Made by a program: the position numbers and the translations under genes. Positions 38,638-48,881 of a stretch of DNA of 64,000 bases are shown here, one piece after another; position 1 is the stretch's first letter, and every line of letters begins with the position of its first letter. The stretch covers positions 1-64,000 of the forward strand of contig MTMY01000047.1 of assembly GCA_002010215.1 (NCBI GenBank), in the 5' to 3' direction. The notes beneath the pieces were generated by a model, which made no database searches, was not told where the DNA came from, and was given only the letters and a program-made list of their open reading frames with translations. Source of the DNA: Archaeoglobus sp. JdFR-37 (GTDB taxonomy: Archaea > Halobacteriota > Archaeoglobi > Archaeoglobales > Archaeoglobaceae).

Positions 38638-39291
38638 ATGAACCTGATTCTTCTCGGTGCTCCGGGAGCCGGAAAAGGGACGCAGGCCAAAAAAATCGTT
38701 GAGAAGTACGGAATTCCTCAGATTTCCACTGGAGACATGCTCAGGGAGGCTGTTGCTAAGGGTACTGAGCTTGGGAGGAAGGCGAAGGAATATATGGACA
38801 AGGGCGAACTCGTGCCGGATGAAGTGGTTATTGGGATAGTTAAGGAGAGGCTCAGCCAACCTGATTGTGAAAAGGGCTTCATTCTGGATGGTTTTCCAAG
38901 AACTCTTAAACAGGCAGAGGCTCTTGATATCATGCTTGAAGATCTGGGAAAGAAAATAGATGCCGTAATAAATGTTGATGTTCCTGAAGAGGAAATAATC
39001 AAGAGGATAGTTTATCGTAGAACCTGCAGAAACTGCGGGGCTGTCTACAACCTCATCTACAACCCACCGAAAGAGGATATGAAGTGTGACAAGTGCGGAG
39101 GAGAACTCTATCAGAGGGATGATGACAAGGAAGAGACGGTAAAAGCTAGGCTAAAGGTTTACAGAGAGCAGACAGAACCCCTGATTAACTATTATACCCA
39201 GAAAGGAATTTTATACAATGTTGATGGTACCAAAAACATTGATGAAGTATTCTCTGAGGTGGAGAAAATACTTTCAGCCATCACAGGCTGA
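38638..39291 (+). CDS. adk: Adenylate kinase (bacterial-type, Zn-lid)
   Basis: [34 protein letters not shown] lid. Confidence 0.95.
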   Translation: MNLILLGAPGAGKGTQAKKIVEKYGIPQISTGDMLREAVAKGTELGRKAKEYMDKGELVPDEVVIGIVKERLSQPDCEKGFILDGFPRTLKQAEALDIMLEDLGKKIDAVINVDVPEEEIIKRIVYRRTCRNCGAVYNLIYNPPKEDMKCDKCGGELYQRDDDKEETVKARLKVYREQTEPLINYYTQKGILYNVDGTKNIDEVFSEVEKILSAITG

Positions 39292-40000
39292 TAACTTCCT
39301 GTGAAACACCTTTTTTCTCCTTTTTCATCCACTCGATAATTTTCTCAACTACAACTCTTTCCTGCCTGAGGAAATGGCTTCCATTTCTCACCTCAAGAAA
39401 TGTCTTTGGCTCGCTGGCTTTTTCGAAGAGCATTATCCCGTTCTCAAAGGGTACCACGTCATCTGATGTGCCGTGAACTATCAGAATTGGACATCTAACT
39501 TCCGAAATTCGCCTGATGGGTTCAAATTCTTTCATTTCATGCCTGAGCATTTTTTCAAAGCTTTCGAAATCGCTTAAACCCCTTAGAATCTCCTTGCTTT
39601 TTGCGTTCTCATAGATATTTTTGGCGTTTCTTATAGTATCAGCACAGCAAGGGGATGATGCTATCACCAAAGACTCAACGTTTTCTACCTCTGCTGCAAC
39701 GTTTGCAGCCACAACACCGCCCATGCTAAAGCCCACCAGATTAACGCTATTGAACTCACTGCATATGTTTTTGAGGTCCTCCACCCAGTTTTTTATAGAA
39801 AATTCACCATCGCTGAATCCAGTCCCAGAAAAATCGAATATCAGAGAATTTATCCCATTTAAAGCAAAAAATAGAGCCAGATCATTATAGCCTTTTTCAA
39901 CAACACTTCCTCTCTCAAAAGGCAAGCCATGACATAGTATAGTTATGTTCTCTATATGGAGTCTTGCGTAGTTTCTTCCTATTTTTGTGTCGAAGTGCAT
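39281..40000 (-). CDS. Alpha/beta hydrolase
   Basis: [22 protein letters not shown]. Confidence 0.8.
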   Translation of the reverse strand: MHFDTKIGRNYARLHIENITILCHGLPFERGSVVEKGYNDLALFFALNGINSLIFDFSGTGFSDGEFSIKNWVEDLKNICSEFNSVNLVGFSMGGVVAANVAAEVENVESLVIASSPCCADTIRNAKNIYENAKSKEILRGLSDFESFEKMLRHEMKEFEPIRRISEVRCPILIVHGTSDDVVPFENGIMLFEKASEPKTFLEVRNGSHFLRQERVVVEKIIEWMKKEKKGVSQEVISL

Positions 40001-40016
40001 GTTTATTTATCTGAGT

Positions 40017-40385
40017 TTATTTCAGACCAACGAGCTCCTCCAGCTCCACAAGATCCTTTTCGACCCTTTTTATCTCATCTCTCTTCTTGGCGACGAGCTC
40101 CGCCACTATCTCCTTCAAATCCAGAGTAAGTTTGTAACTCTTGAGAGGTCTCCCTTTCCCCTTCTTCTTGAGTTCCCTCTCTTTTACCCATCCCCATTCT
40201 TTCAACTCTTTCATTGCTAGGCTAACTTCTGGTTGCCTGAGATTAGCAGCTCTTTCAATATCTCTTGAAATAGCTTCACCTGCTTTAGCGAGAAAAACTA
40301 CTACTTTTGCTATATTTCTGTTAAGCCCAGTTTCAGCAAGAAGATCAACCACTCTCTCCTCTCTATCGGTAAGCTCCTCAACCAT
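40017..40385 (-). CDS. Winged-helix transcriptional regulator
   Basis: SRDIERAANLRQPEVSLAMKEL, KGKGRP..Y; start moved to 40385. Confidence 0.8.
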   Translation of the reverse strand: MVEELTDREERVVDLLAETGLNRNIAKVVVFLAKAGEAISRDIERAANLRQPEVSLAMKELKEWGWVKERELKKKGKGRPLKSYKLTLDLKEIVAELVAKKRDEIKRVEKDLVELEELVGLK

Positions 40386-40664
40386 ATAATGACACCCCTG
40401 CAGATAGAAGTTATACAAAAAACTATATAAATATTTTTCCATTTACCTTTTAGTCTAATAGAAATGCCCTGAAATAAAACAAATATAAATGGCTTTAAAT
40501 AGCTTACTCGGTAATGTTAACTCCTACAACTGTTATTTAAGTATCACATCCATTAATTATCCGGAAGTTAATTTCGGAATTTATGGAATCTGTCGGGGAT
40601 TTTGGAGTATGACCACCTATTACATTTCCAAAGTTTTTTAATCTAATCAAAGCAAGAAATTCCA

Positions 40665-41330
40665 ATGAGGATTGTGTTATCTTTAGGTGGGTCTATGCTT
40701 ATACGAAATGCCTCTGGTGAGAGCCTGAGAAAGTATGCAGAGATTCTCAAAATGCTATCGGAGCAGCATGAACTCTTTGTCGTAACAGGTGGTGGAAGAA
40801 CTGCCAGAGAATATATTGGAATTGCCAGAGAGCTTGGAGCAGATGAAACTTTCTGTGATTATATTGGAATAGCCATCACCCGTATAAACGCCATGCTCCT
40901 AGCTGCAGCTCTGCGAAATGCTCCTAGAACGATACCCCAGGATTTTAGAGAAGCTCTGGAGCTATCGAGGAATTACAAGGTTGTAGTGATGGGAGGAACG
41001 TTTCCGGGACACACCACTGATGCAACTGCAGCACTGCTTGCAGAGTTTGTGTCAGCTGACATGCTTTTGATTGCCACTTCAGTGGATGGTGTATATTCAG
41101 ATGACCCTCAGAAGGATCATAAGGCGGTTAAATACGAGAGACTCAAACCATCCGAACTCGTCCAGATAGTTTCGAAAATAGTTTCGAAGGCTGGTAGCAG
41201 TAGTGTAGTAGATTTGCTTGCTGCGAAAATAATTGAGAGGAGTGGCATAAGAACCATTGTTTTCTACGGCACCCCTGAAAATATAGAGAAGGCCGTCAGG
41301 TTTGAAACGGGAACAGTGATCGAAAAATAA
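40665..41330 (+). CDS. pyrH: UMP kinase
   Basis: SLGGS, VTGGGRTAR, PGHTTDA, VDGVY..DP. Confidence 0.93.
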   Translation: MRIVLSLGGSMLIRNASGESLRKYAEILKMLSEQHELFVVTGGGRTAREYIGIARELGADETFCDYIGIAITRINAMLLAAALRNAPRTIPQDFREALELSRNYKVVVMGGTFPGHTTDATAALLAEFVSADMLLIATSVDGVYSDDPQKDHKAVKYERLKPSELVQIVSKIVSKAGSSSVVDLLAAKIIERSGIRTIVFYGTPENIEKAVRFETGTVIEK

Positions 41331-41334
41331 AGGC

Positions 41335-41907
41335 TCAACCCGCTCTCTGCCAGAAATAGACCATCCTGTGTATTGTTGTGATAACTCCAAGAGCAAAGAG
41401 AATTGCAAGGGTTTCGAAAATCAACCCAGTGAGCAGACCAACCATGATGAGGAAGAGTCTGGTGTCTCTGCTTCCAATGCCTACCTTAACGCTGACACCC
41501 TCAGCTTCTGCCATGGCCCTAGTTATGCTGACTCCAAAAGAAGCAGTTAGTGCAAGCATTCCTATGAGCCAGAGGTCAGGATTTACTGAAACTAGGCCTA
41601 TTATCAGGGCAGCGTCAACGAATCTATCCAGAACCCTGTCTAGATATGCCCCTCTTCTCGTAGTTTTCCCCGTTAGCCTTGCTAGGTCACCATCAGTGCA
41701 GTCCAAAATTTGTGAAATAAAGATGGTGGCAACTGCCTCGTAAAACCTGCCATAAAAGATTAAAAAGGCAGGAATTATGCCGATGATACTTGCAAAGATG
41801 GTTAAATGGTTTGGATTCAGGTCGAATCTTGATAAGAATCGTGCAAGAGGCTTTGAGAACCGTCTGTAAACTTTTTCCGTCAGCAAATACTCTAAATTGC
41901 CTCCCAT
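41335..41907 (-). CDS. CDP-alcohol phosphatidyltransferase (archaetidylinositol-phosphate synthase-like)
   Basis: PNHLT, DCTDGDLAR...GAYLDRVLDRFVD. Confidence 0.85.
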   Translation of the reverse strand: MGGNLEYLLTEKVYRRFSKPLARFLSRFDLNPNHLTIFASIIGIIPAFLIFYGRFYEAVATIFISQILDCTDGDLARLTGKTTRRGAYLDRVLDRFVDAALIIGLVSVNPDLWLIGMLALTASFGVSITRAMAEAEGVSVKVGIGSRDTRLFLIMVGLLTGLIFETLAILFALGVITTIHRMVYFWQRAG

Positions 41908-41962
41908 TAATCACCTCACCTCGCAATAAACTTTTTAAAAAAGTGGTTCTATAAGCTTTTCC

Positions 41963-42706
41963 ATGAAAGCTGTGATACTAGCGGCCGGAGCTGGCACCAG
42001 ACTGGGTAAGTATACTGAAGAGCTGCCGAAAACATTGGTGGATGTTGGAGGCTTCCCAATCCTTGCCCATACCCTGAACAGCATCATAGAATGCGGAATT
42101 ACGGACATTATGATTGTGACTGGTTACGAAGCTGGAAAGGTTGAGAAATTCGTGGAGGGTATGGATATTGACGCTGAGTACGATGTTGAGTACATCTACA
42201 ACAAGAAATATGGCGAGACCAACAACATATACAGCATATATCTGACGAGAGATATACTGGAAGGTGAATCATTCGTTCTTATCAACTCTGATGTATTATT
42301 TCATCCCGATATCCTGAAAGGGTTGGTCAACTCACCTAAAAGAGGTGTGATACTTTCTGTTGACTTCACCGTTGAGATTGCTGAAGAGGAAATGAAGGTG
42401 AAGGTAGAAGGGGATAGAATAGTTGCCATTTCAAAAGAGATACCGCCAGAGGAGGCGGATGGGGAGTACATCGGGATAACCAGAATAGATGCTATCGGTA
42501 GCACAGAATTCTTCGATGCAGTAAGCAAAACACTGAGGGACGAGGGATACAATGTGTTCTATGAAGCGGCATTTCAGAGGATGATTGTGGAAGGCGAATA
42601 TGTCACCTTTGAAGACACTGGAGGATTGCCGTGGATAGAAATCGATACACCTGAAGACCTCCATATAGCGAGAAAAGTCGTTGCCCCCAAAATATTGGGG
42701 GGATAA
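41963..42706 (+). CDS. Sugar-phosphate/phosphocholine cytidylyltransferase-family NTP transferase
   Basis: ILAAGAGTRL...PK.L, TNNIYS, WIEIDTPEDL. Confidence 0.8.
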   Translation: MKAVILAAGAGTRLGKYTEELPKTLVDVGGFPILAHTLNSIIECGITDIMIVTGYEAGKVEKFVEGMDIDAEYDVEYIYNKKYGETNNIYSIYLTRDILEGESFVLINSDVLFHPDILKGLVNSPKRGVILSVDFTVEIAEEEMKVKVEGDRIVAISKEIPPEEADGEYIGITRIDAIGSTEFFDAVSKTLRDEGYNVFYEAAFQRMIVEGEYVTFEDTGGLPWIEIDTPEDLHIARKVVAPKILGG

Positions 42707-42725
42707 AGGGGATAGGTAAATAGCA

Positions 42726-43631
42726 TTACATGTGGGAGTATCCTCTAAACTCTACCTCCTTTAAACCATTTTCTGTCTCCAGATATACTCCTTCTCCTTT
42801 TATAACCTCTCCAATCACAAATCCGTGACTACAGTCGTCGGAAGTATAAACAAGCTCATAATCTCCTCCAGCGTACAGATAGAGCTCAAGGGCTTTTTCA
42901 TAATCTACAAAGTCGGTGAGATGCTGGAGGTTCAACAACTCCTCGTAAATGATAATCCCCACACTGCTTTTCTTTGCAATGAGATTCAGGCTGATGGCTA
43001 GACTATCGCTTATATCAGTCATGGCTGATGCGTGCTGGGCCAGCTCTACCCCTTCTCCCACTCTAGGTTCCGGTGTGAAAAGAGACTCAGGATATGCAAG
43101 TTCTCCACGCTCAGCACCTGAAAAGAGCTGTTCCAGACTCAATTGGGCTTTTCCGAGCTCTCCAGTAAGACATACTTTCTCCCCCGGCAGAGCACCTTTC
43201 TGGGTTACAAATCTCTTTGCAACCCCTACAGCGAAGCCAGCAATGCTGAGCTCATCTCCAAAATCTGTGTCCCCCCCGACCACTGCGACTCTGTATTTAT
43301 CCGCCAGTTTTTTCATACCTTCCAGTATCTTTTTGTAAAATTCATCGTCAATTCCATCTCTGATGGTTATTGTGTAGAGGAAATAGCGTGGTTCAGCTCC
43401 GCTACCGGCTAGATCGCTGAGGTTTACAGCCAGACTCAGGTGACCAATCTCTTCAGGTTTTATACTAGGGGGAAAATCCGCCTTTTCATGGAGGTTGTCA
43501 GCTGTTAATACTACATTCTCACTCCCGAGTCTCACAACAGCGCAATCGTCGTCTCCAGCACCAACAAGCACATCGTTCCACTCCACTCTGAATATCTGTG
43601 AAGCAATATCGATGAGTCTGAACTCTCTCAT
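42726..43631 (-). CDS. thiL: Thiamine-monophosphate kinase
   Basis: GDDDCA, VNLSDLAG.GA.P, GGDT, DISDSL, GGDYEL. Confidence 0.92.
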   Translation of the reverse strand: MREFRLIDIASQIFRVEWNDVLVGAGDDDCAVVRLGSENVVLTADNLHEKADFPPSIKPEEIGHLSLAVNLSDLAGSGAEPRYFLYTITIRDGIDDEFYKKILEGMKKLADKYRVAVVGGDTDFGDELSIAGFAVGVAKRFVTQKGALPGEKVCLTGELGKAQLSLEQLFSGAERGELAYPESLFTPEPRVGEGVELAQHASAMTDISDSLAISLNLIAKKSSVGIIIYEELLNLQHLTDFVDYEKALELYLYAGGDYELVYTSDDCSHGFVIGEVIKGEGVYLETENGLKEVEFRGYSHM

Positions 43632-43736
43632 TGGAAAAAGTAGGGGAGGGTAATTGATATGCTTTTGCCAATGTTGTCTAATGTTACTTAATAAGTCTTT
43701 AAGTCTTAAAGCGATGGAGTTGAAGCGGGGTCAGTC

Positions 43737-44135
43737 TTAATGAGCCTCTGCAGGTATATGAGCTGCCCTCTCCTTCAGGGAGTCCACCATCTCGCTTAGT
43801 TTTTCATACCATGCTTCAAGCTCTTTTATAAGCTTAATTCTCAATTCTTCCAGCGGGACAGGATAGTATATGTACCTGTACCCACCATTCTTCAGAATGC
43901 GGTACTTTCTCTCAACTAGACTTTTCTCCATGAGTGTTTGCAGAGTTCGGTAAACTCCGCTTTTATCTCTGCCTATGTATTCAGAAAGTCTACCAACATC
44001 AATCCCCGGATGTTTTTGGAGGGCAAGATAAACATCGATTTCTGAGGCCGTGAGCTTCAAGACGCACTTCAATATGTGCTGAAAGGTTAAATCCAGCTCA
44101 AAACCATCTTCTGGCTTATCCATTTTTGACACCAT
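43737..44135 (-). CDS. TrmB-like winged-helix regulator
   Basis: LTASEIDVY..L, GRDKSGVYRTLQTL, GGYRYIY. Confidence 0.8.
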   Translation of the reverse strand: MVSKMDKPEDGFELDLTFQHILKCVLKLTASEIDVYLALQKHPGIDVGRLSEYIGRDKSGVYRTLQTLMEKSLVERKYRILKNGGYRYIYYPVPLEELRIKLIKELEAWYEKLSEMVDSLKERAAHIPAEAH

Positions 44136-44249
44136 ACACCATTCTTGATAACATAATATGTTTTTCGAATACTTAACTTTTACTGAACCATATTCGAACT
44201 TAAAGTGTCAATTTCAGGACAGTATTGGATGGAATGGATTTCTGACAGG

Positions 44250-44912
44250 TTAAATTTGAGGGGAGAACATTCTTTCGTACTCACAAAGTACCTTTCCGGT
44301 GACATACAGACTGGTGAGGGGTTCACGAGATATAGAAACGAATTCGGCGTCGAATTCTTTCAAAATATGGAGGGTTTCCTTCTCAAAATTGCCATGAGGG
44401 TAGGCACCTATGCACACCACAATGTCCTTTTTGAGGGATTCATCCAGTTTTGGATCACCCTTTTCATCCATAACTACTATCTGACAATTTAGACTGGTTA
44501 GAAGGTCTGAAAGAGTGATGTCTGTAATCTCAATAAGCTTCTTTCCTCCCGAACTGATGCATCTATTCTCAAACAAATCTTCCATCAACCCTATAAAACG
44601 GTTGTAGTTTCTTGGCAACCTCGTCTCCCTGTTGATCCAGATAATTTTTCCATGAAATGTGTGGACATGGATGCTCAGCTCTTTTATGGGAGAGTCAAGG
44701 GCTAAAAGAAGGCATGTATGGATTATGTCAGGTCTGCCTCTCTTTTCTGCTTTGTACAGCCTCCTCATAGCGGCATGATGCCTAGAGTCATCTAGGATAA
44801 TTCCAGAGGGGTTCTTTTTCCGTCTTCTGGCATCCGAAATAACTGCAGAATGCCGAAATATTTCGGGCGGGATGAGCTCAAGAGAGGATTCGAGGAAAAT
44901 GAGATGGAGCAT
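44250..44912 (-). CDS. nep1: 16S rRNA pseudouridine N1-methyltransferase Nep1
   Basis: ESSLEL.P, RGRPDIIH, RLPRNYNRF.GL, IGAYPHG. Confidence 0.92.
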   Translation of the reverse strand: MLHLIFLESSLELIPPEIFRHSAVISDARRRKKNPSGIILDDSRHHAAMRRLYKAEKRGRPDIIHTCLLLALDSPIKELSIHVHTFHGKIIWINRETRLPRNYNRFIGLMEDLFENRCISSGGKKLIEITDITLSDLLTSLNCQIVVMDEKGDPKLDESLKKDIVVCIGAYPHGNFEKETLHILKEFDAEFVSISREPLTSLYVTGKVLCEYERMFSPQI

Positions 44913-44927
44913 ATTTAGAAGGCATGT

Positions 44928-45242
44928 TTATGCATGCTGTTCTACCTCCAGCACATCGAACTCGATATAGCCCAAATCCATTATCTTGTGCTTCCTTATC
45001 ACGTCCATGGGAATTTCCCAGTGGTGGGGGTGATGAGCATCGCTTTCAAATTCAACAACTCTCCCGGCTTCATCAACAACCCTCATTTTGGGGTCATAAA
45101 CTCTGAGCAACCTGACCTTTATTTTCTCCCCGCCCTTTATTTCGAGCCCCTCCAGAACTTCCTCTGGTGGAATTATGAAGCAGATATCTCCTTCATACCT
45201 TATTCTTTCAAGCACTCTAGTGGATGCACCCATTGCACTCAT
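44928..45242 (-). CDS. Hypothetical protein, possibly a duplicated AbrB-like fold
   Basis: Two IP......L.I..G-type repeats separated by HHPHH. Confidence 0.5.
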   Translation of the reverse strand: MSAMGASTRVLERIRYEGDICFIIPPEEVLEGLEIKGGEKIKVRLLRVYDPKMRVVDEAGRVVEFESDAHHPHHWEIPMDVIRKHKIMDLGYIEFDVLEVEQHA

Positions 45243-45330
45243 GAAAATTTCTCAACGCGGCAAGTTTTAACTCTTTTCTTTTGGGGGCAATTTCATGAAC
45301 CGGTAGGATTATTTTACCGTAAATCGGATT

Positions 45331-45531
45331 ATGAATATGGAAAGCCATGTGAAGTGGGGCTTGGGATTCATATTTCTCGGAATTGCCATAACCTTTGTGT
45401 CATTAGGCCTACACCTCTTCATCGCTACACCTTTTCTCACCATTATATACTCGGTTTCTCTGATTTTAATCGGTATTGCCCTTATTATGTTTGGAAAAAG
45501 GGAGCGTAAAATTGAGGAGGTGGTAAAGTGA
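45331..45531 (+). CDS. Small two-TM membrane protein
   Basis: Hydrophobic 66 aa; its 3' end carries the RBS of the next gene. Confidence 0.55.
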   Translation: MNMESHVKWGLGFIFLGIAITFVSLGLHLFIATPFLTIIYSVSLILIGIALIMFGKRERKIEEVVK

Positions 45532-45875
45532 GTGGGGTAAATAGAATGAATGGAATGATTGTGACGAACACCGAAGCTGTTCCAGAATATGATGTGGAAG
45601 ATATTCTGGGCATTGTTTTTGGCAACACTGTCAGAGCCAGGCACATCGGAAAGGATATACTTGCCGGACTGAAAAACGTTGTTGGTGGGGAAATAGAGGA
45701 GTATACAGAGATGCTGGCAGATGCCAGAAAAGAGGCGTTGAACAGGATGATTAACGAGGCGAAAAAGCTTGGTGCTGATGCCGTGGTGAATGTGAGATTT
45801 ACGACCTCTCAAACAATGGCCGGTGCGGCGGAATTACTGGCTTATGGCACTGCAGTGAAGCTTAGAAAGGTCTGA
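45528..45875 (+). CDS. YbjQ/UPF0145 family protein
   Basis: GKDILAGLKNVVGGEI..Y, A..LGADAVV.VRF, YGTAVK. Confidence 0.9.
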   Translation: MSGVNRMNGMIVTNTEAVPEYDVEDILGIVFGNTVRARHIGKDILAGLKNVVGGEIEEYTEMLADARKEALNRMINEAKKLGADAVVNVRFTTSQTMAGAAELLAYGTAVKLRKV

Positions 45876-46080
45876 AGTTTAGATCAGTGTCTTTTTTACT
45901 CTTCATCTCCTTTAATCTACTTCCCTTTATCCCCTTTTACCTAGGTTATTTAATCAAGATTTCAATCAAGAGCTAATGAACGAAGTTGCTTCAGGATGCC
46001 ATATTGCTACTGTAGCTACATTGCTACTATAACATCTCCTCGATGCTAAACTTTTTTATTCTCTCTATCATCCATCACTC

Positions 46081-46812
46081 GTGAAATCACTCAGGGCTGC
46101 TATGTCTTTCTTCTCCACTCTGCCTGCTGGAGAAGGTTATGAAGAATATGACGCATTGAGAAGGAATTTGCATGTCATTCCTGTAGCTGGAACGATAATT
46201 GGGATTCTGATTGCTTCAATCACCGTTTCCATATCACTTTTCGCTCCCAAACTGACTTTTCTTGGCGTTATAGTTTATCTGGCCTTTGAGGGGATAAACC
46301 ATGTTGATGGGCTGGCGGATGTTGGGGATGCTATTTTTGCTCCCAGACATAGGAGAAAGGAGGTTCTGAAAGATGTTCGGGTTGGTGCCGGTGGAGTTGT
46401 GTTTGTTGTGTTGTATCTCTTTCTGCTCTTCGAATCTTTCAGAACTTTCAAGAGCTCAACAGATCTGCTGAGTGCAATTATCCTTTCTCAGACCTCTGCC
46501 AAGTTCAGCATGCTGCTTCTTATCACAACGTCAAAGCCACTCTGGGAGGGTATGGCCTCCAACATAATGGAATTCGCAAACACATCACACCTCATCAGGG
46601 GTTTTCTGTTCCTTGTTGCTGTCTATGCATCTTTTGCCGTTCTGAGTGGGGATATAGTCGTCATCTTTGTTCACTTTGTCGTCTCCCTCTTCGCAACACT
46701 ATTTATAAGAAACGCTGCCCACCATCTTTTTGGAGGTGTCAGCGGAGATGTTTTTGGTGCTTCCAACTGTATTGTGTTCGCATTGGGTATGCTTGTCTTT
46801 GTAGCGGGGTGA
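46081..46812 (+). CDS. cobS: Adenosylcobinamide-GDP ribazoletransferase
   Basis: HVDGLADVGD, LKD..VGAGG, FGGVSGDVFGA. Confidence 0.9.
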   Translation: MKSLRAAMSFFSTLPAGEGYEEYDALRRNLHVIPVAGTIIGILIASITVSISLFAPKLTFLGVIVYLAFEGINHVDGLADVGDAIFAPRHRRKEVLKDVRVGAGGVVFVVLYLFLLFESFRTFKSSTDLLSAIILSQTSAKFSMLLLITTSKPLWEGMASNIMEFANTSHLIRGFLFLVAVYASFAVLSGDIVVIFVHFVVSLFATLFIRNAAHHLFGGVSGDVFGASNCIVFALGMLVFVAG

Positions 46813-46834
46813 TTCGTGCTCAGTAGGCGGTTGG

Positions 46835-47386
46835 GTGATTATAATGGGAAATTCATTGAAGGCTCTGCTCATGTGCGGTGGCAGGGGGAAGAGACTTGGA
46901 ATGGGCGAAAAACCTCTTGTGAAGATAAAGGGTAAGCCTCTTATTGATTATGCTCTTGATACCTTGTCTGTCTGTGAAGAGGTAATATGTGTTGCATCAC
47001 CTTTGACACCTGAAACCGCAGCTTACCTCTCTTCTCAGGGTCTTGAAGTATTCATGGCTCCCGGAGATGGGTTCATAGAAGACATGCGTTTGGCCATCGA
47101 GACATTATCCATTACGGAACCTGTAGTAGTCATGTCCTCTGATGTAGTGTTGCTAGAAAGTATTTTAGAGGACGTTATTTCCTTCTACTATTCCTGTGAA
47201 AGTGAAGCTGTAGCTCTTTATTCAAACGGGGAATCTGGGGAGAAACCTGTCGGGATAAACATACTGGATGGATTTTTCATCGACAGGGAACAATCCCAAT
47301 CAATCTTTTATATCTCGGAGAATGAGTATGTGAATGTTAATACTCCCGATGATTTGAAAAGGGCAGAGATGATGCTGGATGGATGA
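46835..47386 (+). CDS. cobY: Adenosylcobinamide-phosphate guanylyltransferase
   Basis: [25 protein letters not shown]; follows cobS. Confidence 0.82.
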   Translation: MIIMGNSLKALLMCGGRGKRLGMGEKPLVKIKGKPLIDYALDTLSVCEEVICVASPLTPETAAYLSSQGLEVFMAPGDGFIEDMRLAIETLSITEPVVVMSSDVVLLESILEDVISFYYSCESEAVALYSNGESGEKPVGINILDGFFIDREQSQSIFYISENEYVNVNTPDDLKRAEMMLDG

Positions 47387-48035
47387 GGAGAAAATCTATG
47401 AGGAAAAGCGGAGGAGAATGGTTGAAAGGCTTGTTGCAGAGCTAAATCTAAGTCAGAAGGTTGCTAAGGCAATGCTCAAGGTTCCACGACACCTTTTCGT
47501 CCCCTTCCCATACAGGAAGGAGGCATACATTGATACTCCTTTGCCTATTGGCTCTGGCCAAACCATCAGCGCCCCCCACATGGTGGCCATAATGTGTGAG
47601 CTACTCAAGCTGGAAAAGGGTATGAAGGTTTTGGAGGTGGGGACTGGCAGAGGTTACCATGCTGCGGTGGTTGCGGAGATTGTTGGGGAGATGGGAATGG
47701 TAGTTTCAGTTGAGAGGGTTCCAGAGCTGGCAGAGGAAGCAAGAAAAATTCTGGAAGAACTGGGCTACAGAAACGTGATGGTGGTTGTTGGGGATGGCAG
47801 CGAGGGTTATGAGCCCGAAGCGCCTTACGACAGGATTTATGTTACTGCTGCCGCCCCCGATATTCCGAAACCCCTGATAGAGCAGCTCAAGATAGGGGGT
47901 AGAATTGTGATACCAGTAGGCTATGATATGCAGTACCTCTACGTTGTGGAGAAGCAGGAAGATGGAATAAGAAAGGATATATGGGGAGCTGTAAGATTCG
48001 TACCTTTAGTTGGAAAATACGGGTTTCAGGATTGA
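47379..48035 (+). CDS. pcm: Protein-L-isoaspartate O-methyltransferase
   Basis: [37 protein letters not shown]. Confidence 0.95.
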   Translation: MDEEKIYEEKRRRMVERLVAELNLSQKVAKAMLKVPRHLFVPFPYRKEAYIDTPLPIGSGQTISAPHMVAIMCELLKLEKGMKVLEVGTGRGYHAAVVAEIVGEMGMVVSVERVPELAEEARKILEELGYRNVMVVVGDGSEGYEPEAPYDRIYVTAAAPDIPKPLIEQLKIGGRIVIPVGYDMQYLYVVEKQEDGIRKDIWGAVRFVPLVGKYGFQD

Positions 48036-48087
48036 TGCAAGGTTGACGGTTCGGGATTTGGTTGCGAATCCGGGGGTCAGGTAATAG

Positions 48088-48588
48088 CTATCCTCTGATC
48101 TCCAGCTTTTCCGGGTTGTGGATGATGGTGAGACAGAGGGCAATTAATCTGTCGAAATGTGGTAGCTCTTCATCGCATTGGAAACAACCCTCTTTTCCGT
48201 CAATAAATAGCTTTAATGTCTCTATCTCGATTCTGTAAGTCTTGCCTCTTGATTTTAATGTGATATAGCCATTCTCCGGCCTTGGTAGCAACCCAAGATC
48301 AACTAATTCTCTGAAAAGCAGCTCTGCTTTACCCTCTGGTGAGGCAAAATAGAGGGACAGAATCTCTTCTTCGGTTACACCTATCTGATTTAGCCACTCA
48401 TCACCTTTTATTCTGCAATCCCTGAACAGAATATCCAATTTAGTCAGCTTGTCCCGACTAAGCAACCTGTATAAGGGTATTATTCTTTTGTAGCCATCAG
48501 TTTCCTGAAGGCAAATGTATACTTCTTCCGTAGGGTACCCTCGAAGGTTTACACATCTAATTTCCATGGTCTCCATGGTCGTATCCAT
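48088..48588 (-). CDS. Hypothetical protein downstream of a ubiquitin-like gene
   Basis: 166-aa ORF starting 9 nt after the Ubl stop; contains GCFQC. Confidence 0.6.
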   Translation of the reverse strand: MDTTMETMEIRCVNLRGYPTEEVYICLQETDGYKRIIPLYRLLSRDKLTKLDILFRDCRIKGDEWLNQIGVTEEEILSLYFASPEGKAELLFRELVDLGLLPRPENGYITLKSRGKTYRIEIETLKLFIDGKEGCFQCDEELPHFDRLIALCLTIIHNPEKLEIRG

Positions 48589-48597
48589 GGGAACCCT

Positions 48598-48801
48598 TCA
48601 GCCACCTTTTATGGCCGGGATCAGGAGAACCTTGTCCGAATCCTTAACCTTGCTCACGTCATCGAGTCTTATGCTTCTTCCTTCCTCTGTAACTGCGATT
48701 CCTCCTTTCGTCAGGTGTCTCAGGATTTCCTCAACAGCGGTTGCGTGAGGCACCTCCACCTCGGTATGTCCTCCACTGCCCAGCCTCTTAAGGAGGACCA
48801 T
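48598..48801 (-). CDS. Ubiquitin-like beta-grasp protein (SAMP/MoaD/ThiS-like)
   Basis: 67 aa ending VKDSDKVLLIPAIKGG. Confidence 0.8.
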   Translation of the reverse strand: MVLLKRLGSGGHTEVEVPHATAVEEILRHLTKGGIAVTEEGRSIRLDDVSKVKDSDKVLLIPAIKGG

Positions 48802-48881
48802 ATAGAGTAGTTGGAAGAACAGGATAAAAAATTAACGGTAAATCGTGATAATTTTGGATGAAAAATATTCATTGGGTGATA

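Noticed and set aside
40560..40578. Imperfect palindrome TCCGGAAGTTAATTTCGGA resembling an NrpR GGAA-N6-TTCC site
   Set aside because: Mismatched, single copy, and the flanking genes are not nitrogen-assimilation genes
48044..48079. Possible hairpin between pcm and the convergent hypothetical gene
   Set aside because: The stem relies on several G-U pairs and bulges; no recognisable RNA family
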